Below are positions 12,751 to 27,500 of a stretch of 64,000 bases of DNA, one piece after another. Under the pieces are notes generated by a model. The model made no database searches and had not been told where the DNA came from. It worked only from the letters and a program-made list of their open reading frames with translations. Every line of letters starts with the position of its first letter. The stretch's first letter is position 1. The stretch comes from Macrostomum hystrix (lineage: Eukaryota > Animalia > Platyhelminthes). Location: contig CATNEN010000002.1 of assembly GCA_950097015.1 (NCBI GenBank), positions 6,076,001-6,140,000 on the forward strand, read 5' to 3'. Position numbers and translations under genes: made by a program.

Positions 12751-13457
12751 TATACCTTTCTGCAACCTAGTTTGCCAAAGCGGTAATCAATTTTGCCCAC
12801 GGAGGAAAGAATAGAATTCTATTCTTTTCTTTCTATTCTATTCTTTCCTCCATGATTTTGCTAGACTAGACGAAAACCACTCAAATTCCCTCTCGCTTCC
12901 GCGAAGTTAAACCCATAGAGATTAAACTTTCAGCGACCAATTTTGCCAATGCTAAAGTGACGCCTTTCTTCAGCCTTTAACGGTTTGGTCCATAGACTAA
13001 TCCGATTCCCGCAACCAGTTTTCTGCTAAAGCTGCGTGAAATTCGCAGCTTGAGACAGAGACAGAGACAACCATAAAAAGCATGGCTCAGAGAGGCCCTT
13101 ATGAAGATTGCGGTGGTGGATCGCCAGAGATTGGTTAATGCTTTTAAGCGTGGCGAAGATTGGCAGCTTCTCGGTCGTCAATTGGGCATCATTGGAATCT
13201 TTGATGTTGGAACCTCACTGGCCGCATCGAAGCCCGACCGAGAGGAGGTGCTAGGCGCAGAGCCCTAAGCGAACTTTTTGTCGGAAGTTGACCGACTGGT
13301 CGATCAAAATAGACGCAGTTTTGGCAGAATTGGTCGCTGAAAGTTTAATGTCTATGGGTTTAACTTCGCAGAAGCGAGAGGGAATTTGAGTGGTTTTCGT
13401 CTAGTCTGGCAAAATTTTGATTGCCGTTTATGGCAAACTAGGTTGCAAAAAGGTATA
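12751..13457 (+). mobile_element. internally deleted Tc1/mariner (IS630-like) element with about 135-bp TIRs
   Basis: TATACC...GGTATA termini; the left TIR (12751-12950, interrupted) is the reverse complement of 13322-13457; internal transposase N-terminal remnants DRQRLVNAFKRGEDWQLLGRQLGI and GRIEARPRGG. Confidence 0.85.
12798..12854. mobile_element. 57-bp palindromic micro-MITE, hAT-like, nested in the left TIR
   Basis: CA...TG termini, 19-bp TIR (cacggaggaaagaatagaa / ttctattctttcctccatg), flanked by ATTTTGCC and ATTTTGCT; absent from the right TIR. Confidence 0.75.
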
Positions 13458-15583
13458 GTACTTTCGATAAGATACATTTATATCCTAAACCTAGCCCATG
13501 CAGTTGGGCGAGATGTACACCCAGTTGTACTATTAATTGCTGTGTACAACTGTGTTCAGTCCATCGACTGGGTGGAGGCTGGGTGAACTGAATAATGAAC
13601 AATCAATTATTAAGTCCTATTGCTCAAAGGACACAATTTACTTCCGTTGGATTGAGTATTGAAGCCCATAAAACCGTAAGCGAAATTTAGGTGTTGCTGT
13701 ACAATTACACAGAATCCATAATACCTATATCGTTCATTTACCACATAATATAAACGCGAGTCAAAACTCATTGCATGCATTGGACGACAAAATAAAAAAA
13801 TGCAGGATGAAATGAAATGAAATGAAACACTATTTGAATCACTATAACCTTGTTTTCATAGCTCGTACAACTGTCCATTTCCATGCGTAAGACTTGTTCA
13901 CGCTGCATTTAAACAAACGCACGTCGGATTGTACATTCTTTTAAATAACCACTAATTTGAACATTAAATAATGAATTTCTAATAAAAATGCAATTCCTTT
14001 GTCAGTGTCAATGAGTGTGAATGCGGTGACCGATTTCGCATGTCATAGAGCGTTTACTGCAAAGCTAATTTCCACTTGCAGAATATCGATTTCTCGCAAT
14101 CGAGCGCTTTGTTAGCCTTGAATGGATATTTGCCAGGCTTAAACGCGTAATCAAAGTACAAACAAAAGATTATGAAAAAATTAAATTTGCAATTAAAGTT
14201 TATATTTGCATGTATACTAAAAATGCTGTGCGTGCAATAGTGCCGTAGTGCAGAATTTTTATGCATTTTGAATACATATCTTTCTATTATACATACTGCG
14301 CAAAATTACTCGGTTCAAGGACGACTGAAGTAACGAATAATCTTACAAGGGCTACAAGGATCCTTATCCTACAAGTAACGCGTGTACATTGTATACTTTA
14401 GTAGTCCGAAATTCTACTTTAGCGAACCCTTGAGACAGTCATGGAAAAAGTTTATATACAATCGAATTTATTCAATGTGTCTAAACAGAAATTGCTTACT
14501 TGTAAAAAGAAGTACAATAAGAGTTTTTATCAAGGTATCAGAAATTACAAATTTGGTCAATAATATTTTTGCCGGAGTAACCTACGTTAAAACGTTATAA
14601 CAAAGTATAATAGAACTCACATGATATAAACATAGTAATAAAAATTATATATAGCTTTGGCGAAAATGTTAACTATTATAATTATTCTAAGTCAAAATAG
14701 TAATCGCAAATTTATTTAATATGCGTCTGTGCGATATATTTTATAAATCAACGTGAATCACTAAAATAATTTATTACTTGAACTTCGTTGCCTTCTTCAG
14801 TTTTCATTTTCTTGTCCTTACAGTTCCTTTAGCTACAGTTTTCATTACTTCTTTTCATTACAAGTTTTAATTTTGTAAAGAAAGTTTTTTAATATTCTAT
14901 TACCTGTCACCTTCGGGCTATAAACTTGAGCAATACAGAACAATTATTCACGACGTACAATATTAGTCATGCTTTTGCTTGTTCGAAACTTCGAAAATTT
15001 CACTTTGTAAGTAGTTTTTTAGTTGTTGTTGTACATTTCTTCTACACGTGATATCAATTTCGAAAATATAACAAGGTAAAGCAGTGTCGATATTCCTGTT
15101 TTCCTTGAAGCTGCTGATTTAATTTAAGTTTAAGGTCGAGTTAGTCTGAGTAAAAACATAAAATGTATATATCTAAGCATTTTGAAGAGTTAAGAAATTT
15201 TAATAAAAACGAAGAAATTATAACACACTATTTTAAAACTTTTGTCCGGAAATTAGTTTGAAAATGTTTAATTTGCATATAAGTATCATCTCAAATTCAG
15301 AAAATGATGCTTGATGACTAAAAAATAACCACTAAATGAATGATCAAATGATCAGAAAACGATGATTTGCTAAATTCCACAGCTTCTTTCTAGCACGGGT
15401 TGAATTGTTAAGCTTATTTAATAATTTATTTAGCTAAGGCGCAAAAATCTGTTTTGATTTGTACTAAACTATAAGTTTCATAGATGTTTGTTATTAAATC
15501 ATTTATTTTATTTAACTTGTGCTTGTAATCTAACTGCACGCATATAGGTAGCCGATTGCTTTGCGCCCTGTTATGCTGCCGAG

Positions 15584-18500
15584 ATGACACGAAATCTATT
15601 GGAGAATGGCAAAGACAGTATCCTCCGTGAGGCACAGGGCGGCAGGTGTGTCATCAACGCTGGCTGTGATGATGAATCTGTGAGTTGAAAAATAATTTCT
15701 AACAATGCAAAGTAGCCTGTTATCTAATCATCTAGGCGCACTCTATTGAAGGCCGTTGGTACAGCGGTAACAGTCTTTGCCACCGCCCACGCAAACCAAA
15801 CTCGAGCTTCCATCCTTCTGTGTCCTTATTAATCTAGCTGATTGATTAGATTTACGATTGAGCTACTGGAGTCTGAGTCTCCGCCTACGCAAATCCCGGG
15901 CCTTAACTGAAAACTTCATTTCCCTCCGAACCCCGCCTGGCAACAGACTATCTATGGCTACAGGCGAAACCAGCTCAAAACTATGCTCACCTATGCCGGC
16001 TTTGTGGCCACGGCCTTCCTACTTCGCCTAGTGTTCCACTGGAAGCCGGAATGGTACGTGAGGTGCACACACGACCTCTGCAGCCTGCGCCGCGCCGAGA
16101 AGGTCGTGATTCGAGTGAGTGACAATGCTGACCCAATCCAATGCTGACCCAATCCAATGCTGACCCAATCCAATGCTGACCCAATCCAATGCTGACCCAA
16201 TCCAATGCTGACCCAATCCAATGCTGACCCAATCCAATGCTGACCCAATCCAATGCTGACCCAATCCAATGCTGACCCAATCCAATGCTGACCCAATCCA
16301 ATGCTGACCCAATCCAATGCTGACCCAACCCAATGCTGACCCAATCCAATGCTGACCCAACCCAATGCTGACCCAATCCAATCTAGTTATTTATCAATAG
16401 GACATGCAGTCACATGTTGTATATGTAAAATATAAATAAAATAGATCAGACGATAATCGTTGGCAATGGCCCATTGAACAGATTTTGTAGAATTTTGCTC
16501 TGTTCGCTGAGAGGCATGAACAGCACAGGGAAGGCATGGGTAGGCAGTTGTGGGGTTGTGTACAAGCAGTATTCAAGTGCAGTGGCAGTTTGCACATCAG
16601 ACATTCTTCATTTCGAACTCGGTGACTAACCCAAGACTTTATCCCGTGACTAACTCTGGGGTGGAGAGACTGGAGATGAGGAAGGGAGGGGGAAGGGAAT
16701 GTACGTGCGCAGTGGTGGGGGCAGAGAGGTGTCGGGTCGCGTCCGTATTATTTTATTTCCAGTGAGGATTTTGGATCGGGTCTGCATTTTACTAGTTGTA
16801 ACTGGAAAACTGACAACCTCCCCTCCTCCCTCTGTGCCCTCTCTTGCTCTAAAACTATTTTAGGCATCACGATTCGCCACAAAATGCGTAATAATATAGA
16901 TTGTAGACTTTTCTTGATAAATAATTGAGACTCTACACGCTAGAGATTTGAGTTGCCTGTTTGAGCTTATCAGATTTGAGGGTCAGCACGACTGAGTCGA
17001 ATGCTCTCCTACAGTTAGTTGACTTCTGATAAGAATCTGGATTGCAAAGTTGTCCGCTCTGACAATGCCACGAGTGTCATTATAAAAGTGCAAGTTGTCA
17101 GTGTATAACTTCACAACCAGTTTTAGCAGGCGACCGATCGTCTGAATACATCGATCCCACTTTTCCCCAAATACTAAGCGTCAATCTATATTCCTAATCT
17201 CATTCCTCTCCTCACTCTCAAAAAACAGAAGTATATTTTCCTGTCACATTAATTTCTCCTCTCTCCCTCGTCTCTCCCTCCCATCTCTCCTCTCTCGCTC
17301 CCATCTCTCCTCTCTCCCTCCCATCTCTCCTCTCTCCCTCCCATCTCTCCTCTCTCCCTCCCATCTCTCCTCTCTCCCTCCCCTCCCATCCCTCCTCTCT
17401 CCCTCCCATCTCTCCTCTCTCCCTCCCATCTCTCCTCTCTCCCTCCTATCTCTCCTCTCTCCCTCCCATCTCTCCTCTCTCCCTCCTATCTCTTCTATCT
17501 CCCTCCCATCTCTCCTCTCTCCCTCCTATCTCTTCTATCTCCCTCCCATCTCTCCTCTCTCCCTCCTATCTCTCCTCTCTCCCTCCCATCTCTCCTCTCT
17601 CCCTCCCATCTCTCCTCTCTCCCTCCTATCTCTCCTCTCTCCCTCCTATCTCTTCTATCTCCCTCCCATCTCTCCTCTCTCCCTCCTATCTCTTCTATCT
17701 CCCTCCCATCTCTCCTCTCTCCCTCCTATCTCTCCTCTCTCCCTCCCATCTCTCCTCTCTCCCTCCTATCTCTCCTCTCTCCCTCCCATCTCTCCTCTCT
17801 CCCTCCCATATCTCCTCTCTCCCTAAGTAGCTAAAATGCAAGAGCCAACGCAGAATGGCAATCAGAAAGTTCTCTTTCCACCTGGATCTGCTTTCACGCT
17901 GTTGGCTATTAATAAAAACATTTGGCAAATACTATTGTATAGCTGCCCCACGTGACAGGGGCGACTCCTGCTACCTGTGGTCAACAACCCCACCTCCTCG
18001 GCTCTCTCCACTGTAGACCACAACGATGGGCAATTAGTTAGTGTCTAGGGCAGCCAGGGCTATCCCTTTCAGTTCATCTTTCAGTTCTCTGCCTCTAGTT
18101 CAGCAGGTCCAGCCCCCCTCTGTCTCTCTCAGCTGATCGGCGAAGTGTGACCGCCCTTGTCGAATGAAAGATGAGCCCGGCCGGCCACTGAAAGCGATGC
18201 CATGATCTGCGGTTCAGTGGCTGCGCATAGCAACTACTGTGATTGGTGTGTGCCGGGACTGGATTTTTGCTGGACCAGTTTCTGGCAGTTTCGGACCCTG
18301 TCTGCATTCAATCTCACTCCTTCTCATCTCACCTTCTCTAATCTCACTCTCTCTCATCTCACTCTCCAACCTCACTCTCTCTATTCTCACTCTCTCTAAT
18401 CTCCCTCTCCCTAACCTCACTCTCTCTGACCTCACTCTCTCTGACCTCACTCTCTCTATTCTCACTCTCTCTAATCTCAATCTCTCTGACCTCACTCTCT

Positions 18501-21500
18501 CTGACCTCACTCTCTCTATTCTCACTCTCTCTAATCTCACTCTCTTTAACCTCACTCTCTCTGACCTCACTCTCTCTGACCTCACTCTCTCTGACCTCAC
18601 TCTCTCTGACCTCACTCTCTCTATTCTCACTCTCTCTGACCTCACTCTCTCTGACCTCACTCTCTCTAATCTCACTCTCTCTATTCTCACTCTCTCTAAT
18701 CCCCTAGATTGGGATCCATCTCATCTCTTAGCATCTCATCTCATCCAAATCTCACCTCATCTCATCCCAATCCCACCCATCTCATCCCAATCCCACCCAT
18801 CTCATCCCAATCTCGCTATCTCATCCAAATCTCACCCCATCTCATCCCAATCCCACCCATCTCATCCCAATCTCACCCATCTCATTCCAATCTCACCCCA
18901 TCTCATCCCAATCTCGCTATCTCATCCAAATCTCACCCCATCTCATCCCAATCCCACCCATGTCATCCCAATCCCACCTAATCTCATCCCAATCTCATCC
19001 CAATCTCATCCAATCTCATCCTAATCTCACCCACCTCATCCCGATCTCACCCATCTCATTCCAATCTCACCCCATCTCATCCCAATCTCGCTATCTCATC
19101 CAAATCTCACCCATCTCATCCCAATCTCACCCAATCTCACTCATCTCATCCCAATCTCACCCCATCTCATCCCAATCTCACCCATCTCATCCCAATCTCA
19201 TCCCAATCCCACCCATCTCATCCTAATCTCACCCACCTCATCCCGATCTCACCCACCTCATCCCAATCTCACCCATCTCATCCCAATCTCACCCATCTCA
19301 TCCCAATCTCACCCAATCTCATCCCAATCTCACCCAATCTCATCCAAATCTCACCTAATCTCATCCCAATCTCATCCCAATCTCACCCAATCTCATCCCA
19401 ATCTCATCCAATCTCAGCCCTTACACACGTATCTAATCTTCATCTCCAGCTTGGCTTGTTGTCTCATCTTGGCCTTGGCCTATCCCTCAACCAAGGCTGT
19501 GTTTAGCAGCTAAAAGGCCCATTGACTGCAGCGCACAAATTTTCCAAGACTCTTGTACAAAGTCGCTAATTGTCTCCCAATTTCCATGAAAATTCTTTTG
19601 TGTGCTCAAAAAGCTTTTGAGTCTAGCCAGCTGTCTAGTCCATTTCAAGACTTAAACAACGACTATCAATGTGAATAGTATAATGGTGGAGTTGTTTACC
19701 AGTCATAACTGTTACCTATTTCAGGATCAATATCAGCAGTTTTTTGTCCACGACGTTTGCATCGTCACCAAGACTGGCGCCAGGTAAGACTGACGAAAAA
19801 CCCGGTTAATTGTTGGCCTTTTGTTATTCTCGATCATTAGAAATCACAAGAATTTTCGATTCCCTGCTATTATTGCTGGTTTATCAAGCAAATTTCTGTA
19901 GCAAGCAGTATCGTCAGAATGTCCTGTTTCCTTTCTCTTTTCTCTCCTCTCTCTTCTCTCCTCTCTCCTCTCTCCTGTCTCCTCTCTTCTCTCTCCTCTC
20001 TCCTCTCTCCCCTTTCCCCTCTCCTCTCTCCTCTCTCCTCTCTCCCCTGTCTCTCTTCTCTCCTCACTGCTCTCTCCTCTCTCTATCCTATCTCCTGTAC
20101 TCATAAATTTTGGAGCAGCTAGTTTCATTGGAGCGCATTAGTTATACTTCGCAGTCGAAATAATGCTAGGCTTAGTTTTATACCCCCGTATAGTGAATGG
20201 GATTATTATATCCTCACGTCTTCCATCCTCCGTTCCGGGGAGATTCGGCGTGGGCGGCCGGGCACCCCCGGCTCCGCAAAGCTCCCCCCAATGCCCCAGC
20301 TTCATTTCCTCGTCTTCGCTTCTGCTTTGAAAAGCAATGTCAGCTCAAGATCCCAGAAGGCATCTCCAAAGCTCTACTCGTCATCTCGTCTCACTTCCTA
20401 TGGTTGGCTACGCGCTGACGAAGGAAGACTTACATGTGAGAATAGCCTCTGACCCAACCCGATTATTCCATAGTTTCACTGCGTCCTTCTGGGAGCTGCA
20501 GGCAACAAATGTTTCTGTACGGATCGATAGAAAACTGCACTCTGAATGAGGACTGCCAATTTTTTTTTATCTCGCCCTTTTCCTAGCTGGAGGCCTAGCT
20601 GACGTCACATAATGCAACTGCGAGTAGATTGTTGAACCACTGCTGGAATCGTAGCCGGAATCGCAGCTACAATCGTGGCAAAATCGGGGCTAGAATCGTA
20701 GCAAAACATTTGCAAATAGCAAATCGTAGCAGTAATGACTGATGAAATCGTACCAGGAATCACAACTAGAATCGTAGCAGGAATCGCAGTTAGAATTGTG
20801 GCAGGAATCGCAGCAAGAATCGTACCAGGAATCGCACCAAGAAGCGTAGTAGGAATCACAACTAGAATCGTAGCAGGAATCGCAGTTAGAATCGTAATAA
20901 AACCGTGGCTAATTATATTTAGAACCGCAGCTAGATTCGTAACAGGAATCGCAGCTAGTATCGGAGCTAGAACCGCAGCTAGAGTCGTAGCAGGAATCGC
21001 AGCTAGAGTCGTAGCAGGAATTGCCGCTAGAATCGTAGCAGGAATTGCCGCTAGAACTGTTGCTAGAACTGCAGCTACTTCAGTAGAATCGTAGCAGGAA
21101 TCGCCGCTAGACTCTTTGCAAGAATCGCAGCTAGCAAAATAGCTTTTCGGATTCGAGCTCTTCGATTTAAAGGCTGAATTGCTAGAATGGCAGCCAAAAA
21201 CAATGTTTATGTGTGCCTGAATCGGCCCCACAAAGTTTGCGACCTACGCTGAAGGTCCAGCACTTCCGGTCAGCTTCGTCCTTCTTCTAGTTTCTTATAT
21301 ATTTTTTTCCCGACAATTCTTTCATCTGCCGCCAATGGGGCTGGTGATTTATGAAGTGAATCTGTCACTTGTAAATACTTGCTCTTGCGATCTTATCGCG
21401 AACGCTTCTTTTAAATCATTTTTGCTTACAAAGCAAGGGGCCCTTCTCTACAATGACCTCTGAGAAAATGGCAAGTATTTTGCTGTGATTTCAGTTTCTG

Positions 21501-24500
21501 GCAAAACAAGTCAGCATCCATTAGGTTATAATAGCTCTTAGCAACCTAACTCTTTTAAAAGTACGAAGTTGACCTTTTAATTTTATAAAGTCTCTAGGGA
21601 CTTATTGGTAAGCTGATCTGTCTCCCCAGTCTTTGTCAATCTGTAGAACGTCAGTTTTACCCCTTCTTTGTCAATCTGTAGATCGTCGATTCTACCCCTT
21701 CTTTGTCAATCTGTAGATCGTCGATTCTACTCCTTCTTTGTCAATCTGTAGATCGTCGATTCTACCCCTTCTTTGTCAATCGGTAGATCGTCGATTCTAC
21801 CCCTTCTTTGTCAATCTGTAGATCGTCGATTCTACTCCTTCTTTGTCAATCGGTAGATCGTCGATTCTACCCCTTCTTTGTCAATCGGTAGATCGTCGAT
21901 TCTATCCCTTCTTTGTCAATCTGTAGATCGTCGATTCTACTCCTTCTTTGTCAATCTGTAGATCGTCGGTTCTGTGTCAATCGGTAGATCGTCGATTCTA
22001 CCCCTTCTTTGTCAATCGGTAGATCGTCGGTTCTACTCCTTCTTTGTCAATCTGTAGATCGTCGATTCTATCCCTTCTTTGTCAATCTGTAGATCGTCGA
22101 TTCTACTCCTTCTTTGTCAATCTGTAGATCGTCGGTTCTGTGTCAATCGGTAGATCGTCGATTCTAACCCTTCTTTGTCAATCGGTAGATCGTCGGTTCT
22201 ACTCCTTCTTTGTCAATCTGTAGATCGTCGATTCTACCCCTTCTTTGTCAATCTGTAGATCGTCGATTCTACCCCTTCTTTGTCAATCTGTAGATAGTCG
22301 GTTCTGTGTCAATCGGTAGATCGTCGGTTCTAACCCTTCTTTGTCAATCGGTAGATCGTCGGTTCTGTGTCAATCGGTAGATCGTCGGTTCTACTCCTTT
22401 GTCAATCTGTAGATCGTCGATTCTACCCCTTCTTTGTCAATCGGTAGATCGTCGTTTCTACTCCTTCTTTGTCAATCTGTAGATCGTCGTTTCTACTCCT
22501 TCTTTGTCAATCTGTAGATCGTCGATTCTACTCCTTCTTTGTCAATCGGTAGATCGTCGATTTTACTCCTTCTTTGTCAATCTGTAGATCGTCGGTTCTG
22601 TGTCAATCGGTAGATCGTCGATTCTACCCCTTCAGGGTCAAGCTACTTTAATTCAACCAATTGCAGGGTCAAGCTACTCTAATTCAACCAATTGCAGGGT
22701 CAAGCTACTTTAATTCAACCAATTGCAGGGTCAAGCTACTTTAATTCAACCAATTGCAGGGTCAAGCTACTTTAATTCAACCAATTGCAGGGTCAAGCTA
22801 CTTTAATTCAACCAATTGCAGGGTCAAGCTACTTTAATTCAACCAATTGCAGGGTCAAGCTACTCTAATTCAACCAATTGCAGGGTCAAGCTACTTTAAT
22901 TCAACCAATTGCAGGGTCAAGCTACTCTAATTCAACCAATTGCAGGGTCAAGCTACTTTAATTCAACCAATTGCAGGGTCAAGCTACTTTAATTCAACAA
23001 ATTGCAGGGTCAAGCTACTTTAATTCAACCAATTGCAGGGTCAAGCTACTCTAATTCAACCAATTGCAGGGTCAAGCTACTTTAATTCAACCAATTGCAG
23101 GGTCAAGCTACTCTAATTCAACCAATTGCAGGGTCAAGCTACTTTAATTCAACCAATTGCAGGGTCAAGCTACTTTAATTCAACCAATTGCAGGGTCAAG
23201 CTACTTTAATTCAACCAATTGCAGGGTCAAGCTACTCTAATTCAACCAATTGCAGGGTCAAGCTACTCTAATTCAACCAATTGCAGGGTCAAGCTACTCT
23301 AATTCAACCAATTGCAGGGTCAAGCTACTTTAATTCAACCAATTGCAGGGTCAAGCTACTCTAATTCAACCAATTGCAGGGTCAAGCTACTTTAATTCAA
23401 CCAATTGCAGGGTCAAGCTACTCTAATTCAACCAATTGCAGGGTCAAGCTACTCTAATTCAACCAATTGCAGGGTCAAGCTACTCTAATTCAACCAATTG
23501 CAGGGTCAAGCTACTTTAATTCAACCAATTGCAGGGTCAAGCTACTTTAATTCAACCAATTGCAGGGTCAAGCTACTTTAATTCAACCAATTGCAGGGTC
23601 AAGCTACTTTAATTCAACCAATTGCAGGGTCAAGCTACTTTAATTCAACCAATTGCAGGGTCAAGCTACTTTAATTCAACCAATTGCAGGGTCAAGCTAC
23701 TTTAATTCAACCAATTGCAGGGTCAAGCTACTCTAATTCAACCAATTGCAGGGTCAAGCTACTTTAATTCAACCAATTGCAGGGTCAAGCTACTTTAATT
23801 CAACCAATTGCAGGGTCAAGCTACTTTAATTCAACCAATTGCAGGGTCAAGCTACTCTAATTCAACCAATTGCAGGGTCAAGCTACTTTAATTCAACCAA
23901 TTGCAGGGTCAAGCTACTTTAATTCAACCAATTGCAGGGTCAAGCTACTTTAATTCAACCAATTGCAGGGTCAAGCTACTTTAATTCAACCAATTGCAGG
24001 GTCAAGCTACTTTAATTCAACCAATTGCAGGGTCAAGCTACTCTAATTCAACCAATTGCAGGGTCAAGCTACTTTAATTCAACCAATTGCAGGGTCAAGC
24101 TACTCTAATTCAACCAATTGCAGGGTCAAGCTACTTTAATTCAACCAATTGCAGGGTCAAGCTACTTTAATTCAACCAATTGCAGGGTCAAGCTACTGAC
24201 TAGGCGAAGTTTGTTTCGCAACTGCGTACCGGACACGCACTGCGTTGAGATCGACACCGGTACCCGTCTGTTGGACCCGTTCATGGTGAGGTCACTGCTG
24301 TTCTGTGCTTGCTTTGCATTAGTCACAATGTGTCGGTAATGTTGTTGGCTAGTTCTGCACCGTTGTACTTTAAATACAAGACGTAGCTGTGTGTGTCTGT
24401 GTGTCTGTTATGTTGACAATGAATGCTAAATTATCTTTGAATACTGTTTCAACCGATACTTTTTCTAACTCCAAGTTACAGACATACTTGATAACTGGTC

Positions 24501-27500
24501 CAATGTACCGATCGTATTTTATTCTGGATGTTTTGTTTTCGGTACTTGCTTATATTTTCTGTGTCTGTGTGTTTTCCCACACTCTATCATCGTCTGGCCA
24601 CTATTTGCTCAATCTGTCATTTAGAAATCTGGAAGGCTTAACACTCCCGGAGATTCGGTAAGCGAGTGACATAGTGACGGAGTGACATAGTGACGGAGTG
24701 ACATAGTGACGGAGTGACATAGTGACGGAGTGACATAGTGACGGAGTGACATAGTGACGGAGTGACATAGTGACGGAGTGACATAGTGACGGAGTGACAT
24801 AGTGACGGAGTGACATAGTGACGGAGTGACACAGTGACGGAGTGACATAGTGACGGAGTGACATAGTGACGGAGTGACATAGTGACGGAGTGACATAGTG
24901 ACGGAGTGACATAGTGACGGAGTGACATAGTGACGGAGTGACATAGTGACGGAGTGACATAGTGACGGAGTGACATAGTGACGGAGTGACATAGTGACGG
25001 AGTGACATAGTGACGGAGTGACATAGTGACGGAGTGACATAGTGACGGAGTGACATAGTGACGGAGTGACATAGTGACGGAGTGACATAGTGACGGAGTG
25101 ACATAGTGACGGAGTGACATAGTGACGGAGTGACATAGTGACGGAGTGACATAGTGACGGAGTGACATAGTGACGGAGTGACATAGTGACGGAGTGACGA
25201 AAGTGTTTGGGAATGGACAGACGAGTGACCATTAAAAATCATTAACAATGTACTTTGTTAGTATCTATGCGCCTTAACAGCTGCAGTAGATGAAGCCTTC
25301 ATATTGAATATAAAGCACACTAACTTGTTTCTGCTCTACCTGCTTTATTATTTCGATGCGCAAGGCTTCACTAAGCATGTGAGAAGCAATACTGTAAGAT
25401 GCTTCAAGTCTAGGCATTAACAATAATTTACAATAAGTTCCTTGAGATAGGAAATTAGCTTAGAAAAATGTGCACTATTTTCAGGTCTCCGTGGCGGACG
25501 AAACTGACCTATGCCCCGACCATCCGGTACACAATTCGCTTGTTTTGGTCACTATCTTGCTATCATACTCTTTAGCAACTGGTGACTGTCATTATTTTAG
25601 TTTTGGTAACGGTCGCAATTTTAAGCCTACTATAGTAGAAAGTACAATTTGTCGTTTATTATCTTAACCCTGTGTAACAGATTTATTTAACAAAACAGCC
25701 ATGGTGTTAACGTCACGTGACTGATTTCTTGCTCATTCGCAGCGCAACAAGAGCTCAGTGGGAGCTGAGAGTCGGCCATTGCTGTCCAAACTCGAGGTGC
25801 CCGTGAGGATTTGAGCAGCTTTCTACAGATTTAGTTCAATTATTTTCTTACTTGTCAGCGGAATGCAAAATCAAATGAATAATAAAAATCCCCGGCTTGG
25901 TGATAGTTTAGTCAAACAGTTGATTTTTTTAATGTCTTTAAATCGCTTCTATTTTCCTGAAGGGCTCTACATATGGAAACAACTATAAAGGGCAACTGAA
26001 TCTGAATCTTACGAGATTTTTAGATTTTTAGATCGTTGATATTTAGCTTTTTCGATACATATCGGTTCAGTCGTTTGTCTGCAAGCTGTGCACCCAATGT
26101 ACTGACTTTGATTGCAGATTAAGTAAAAAAATAGGAAATCGTTTCTATTATACCTCTACTAAGCCCAAGCAAAAACAATATGCCTGCATCGATGCCAAGA
26201 TTCGAACTCGGGAACTTGTGTGCAGCTGAGAATTTCAAATATTTCAAATATGCAAATTATTTAAATACAGAAAAAGCGAATTATTCGAAGCAAAAAATGC
26301 TGTTCTATTGAAAGCCTAATCAATTATAATGATTGCTTTTTACTAAAAATGTATTGATTTTCGTCTGGCGTAACTTCTTTGCAATAAGCTTACGTCAACA
26401 GCTTTTTAAATATCAAATTTAATCTCCACCATTCCATAACCGCCGATACAGGAGGACGCACTGATTCGCTACTTCTACCACAAGAAGATCAAATATGTGT
26501 GGGTGTCCGACTCTGACAGCTTTGCCAAGATTGAGTGAGTTCAGGGCGCCACTGATTTAGGGGAGTGGCCACTGATTTAGTGGAGTGGCCACTGATTTAG
26601 GGGAGTGGTCACTGATTTAGGGGAGTGGTCACTGATTTAGGGGAGTGGCCACTGATTTAGGGGAGTGGCCACTGATTTAGTGGAGTGGTCACTGATTTAG
26701 GGGAGTGGCCACTGATTTAGGGGAGTGGTCACTGATTTAGGGGAGTGGCCACTGATTTAGGGGAGTGGTCACTGATTTAGGGAAGTGGTCACTGATTTAG
26801 GGGAGTGGCCACTGATTTAGGGGAGTGGTCACTGATTTAGGGGAGTGGCCACTGATTTAGGGGAGTGGCCACTGATATAGGGGAGGTTTCATCGATCGTG
26901 TAGGTCAGCGCTCATGACTGATTCAGACAGGTGACCCTTGATTTCGGGATGATCCGATCTGATTAAGTGGTATCAAGATGGACCAGATATTCCCAGTCTG
27001 AGCTCTTGGATCTGATCAGCTAGAGTAACTACTTTCAAATTATCCCAGTCCAGTTTAAGTAGCTATTGAGCACGCATTACTCAAAGCTGAACACCCCGCG
27101 TGAAATCCGCTGCAGTGTGTTCAGCAGCACGCCCTGTTCGCACTTCCACCGCACCACCGGCCTACTGGAGAACGATGCGGAGCTGCAGCGCGTTAAATTC
27201 AGCGGCAATCGAGTGCACATCCCGCTGACTCCAATATGGCAGCTCTTTGTGCTCAAGGTCTGTTAGCTCACCAGCTTCTCTGCCTTGCCCTTCTCTCCCT
27301 CATTCTCTTCCTAATCTTTTCTCCCCCTTTTCTCTCCCTTCTCTCCCTTCCTTCTCTCCCTTCCTTCTCTCCCTTCCTTCTCTCCCTTCCTTCTCTCCCT
27401 TCCTTCTCTCCCTTCCTTCTTTCCCTTCTCTCCCTACCTTCTCTCCCTTCCTTCTTCCACCTCCGTCTCTCCCTTCCTTCTCTCCCTTCCTTCTCTCCCT

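Noticed and set aside
20605-21231. 208-aa hydrophobic AAIPAT-repeat ORF
   Set aside because: Translation of a degenerate 12-bp repeat inside ATP13A intron 3.
22636-24185. Recursive-splicing ratchet points in the 31-bp array
   Set aside because: The sequence is CAG|GGT, not AG|GT; the donor is offset by one base and weak.
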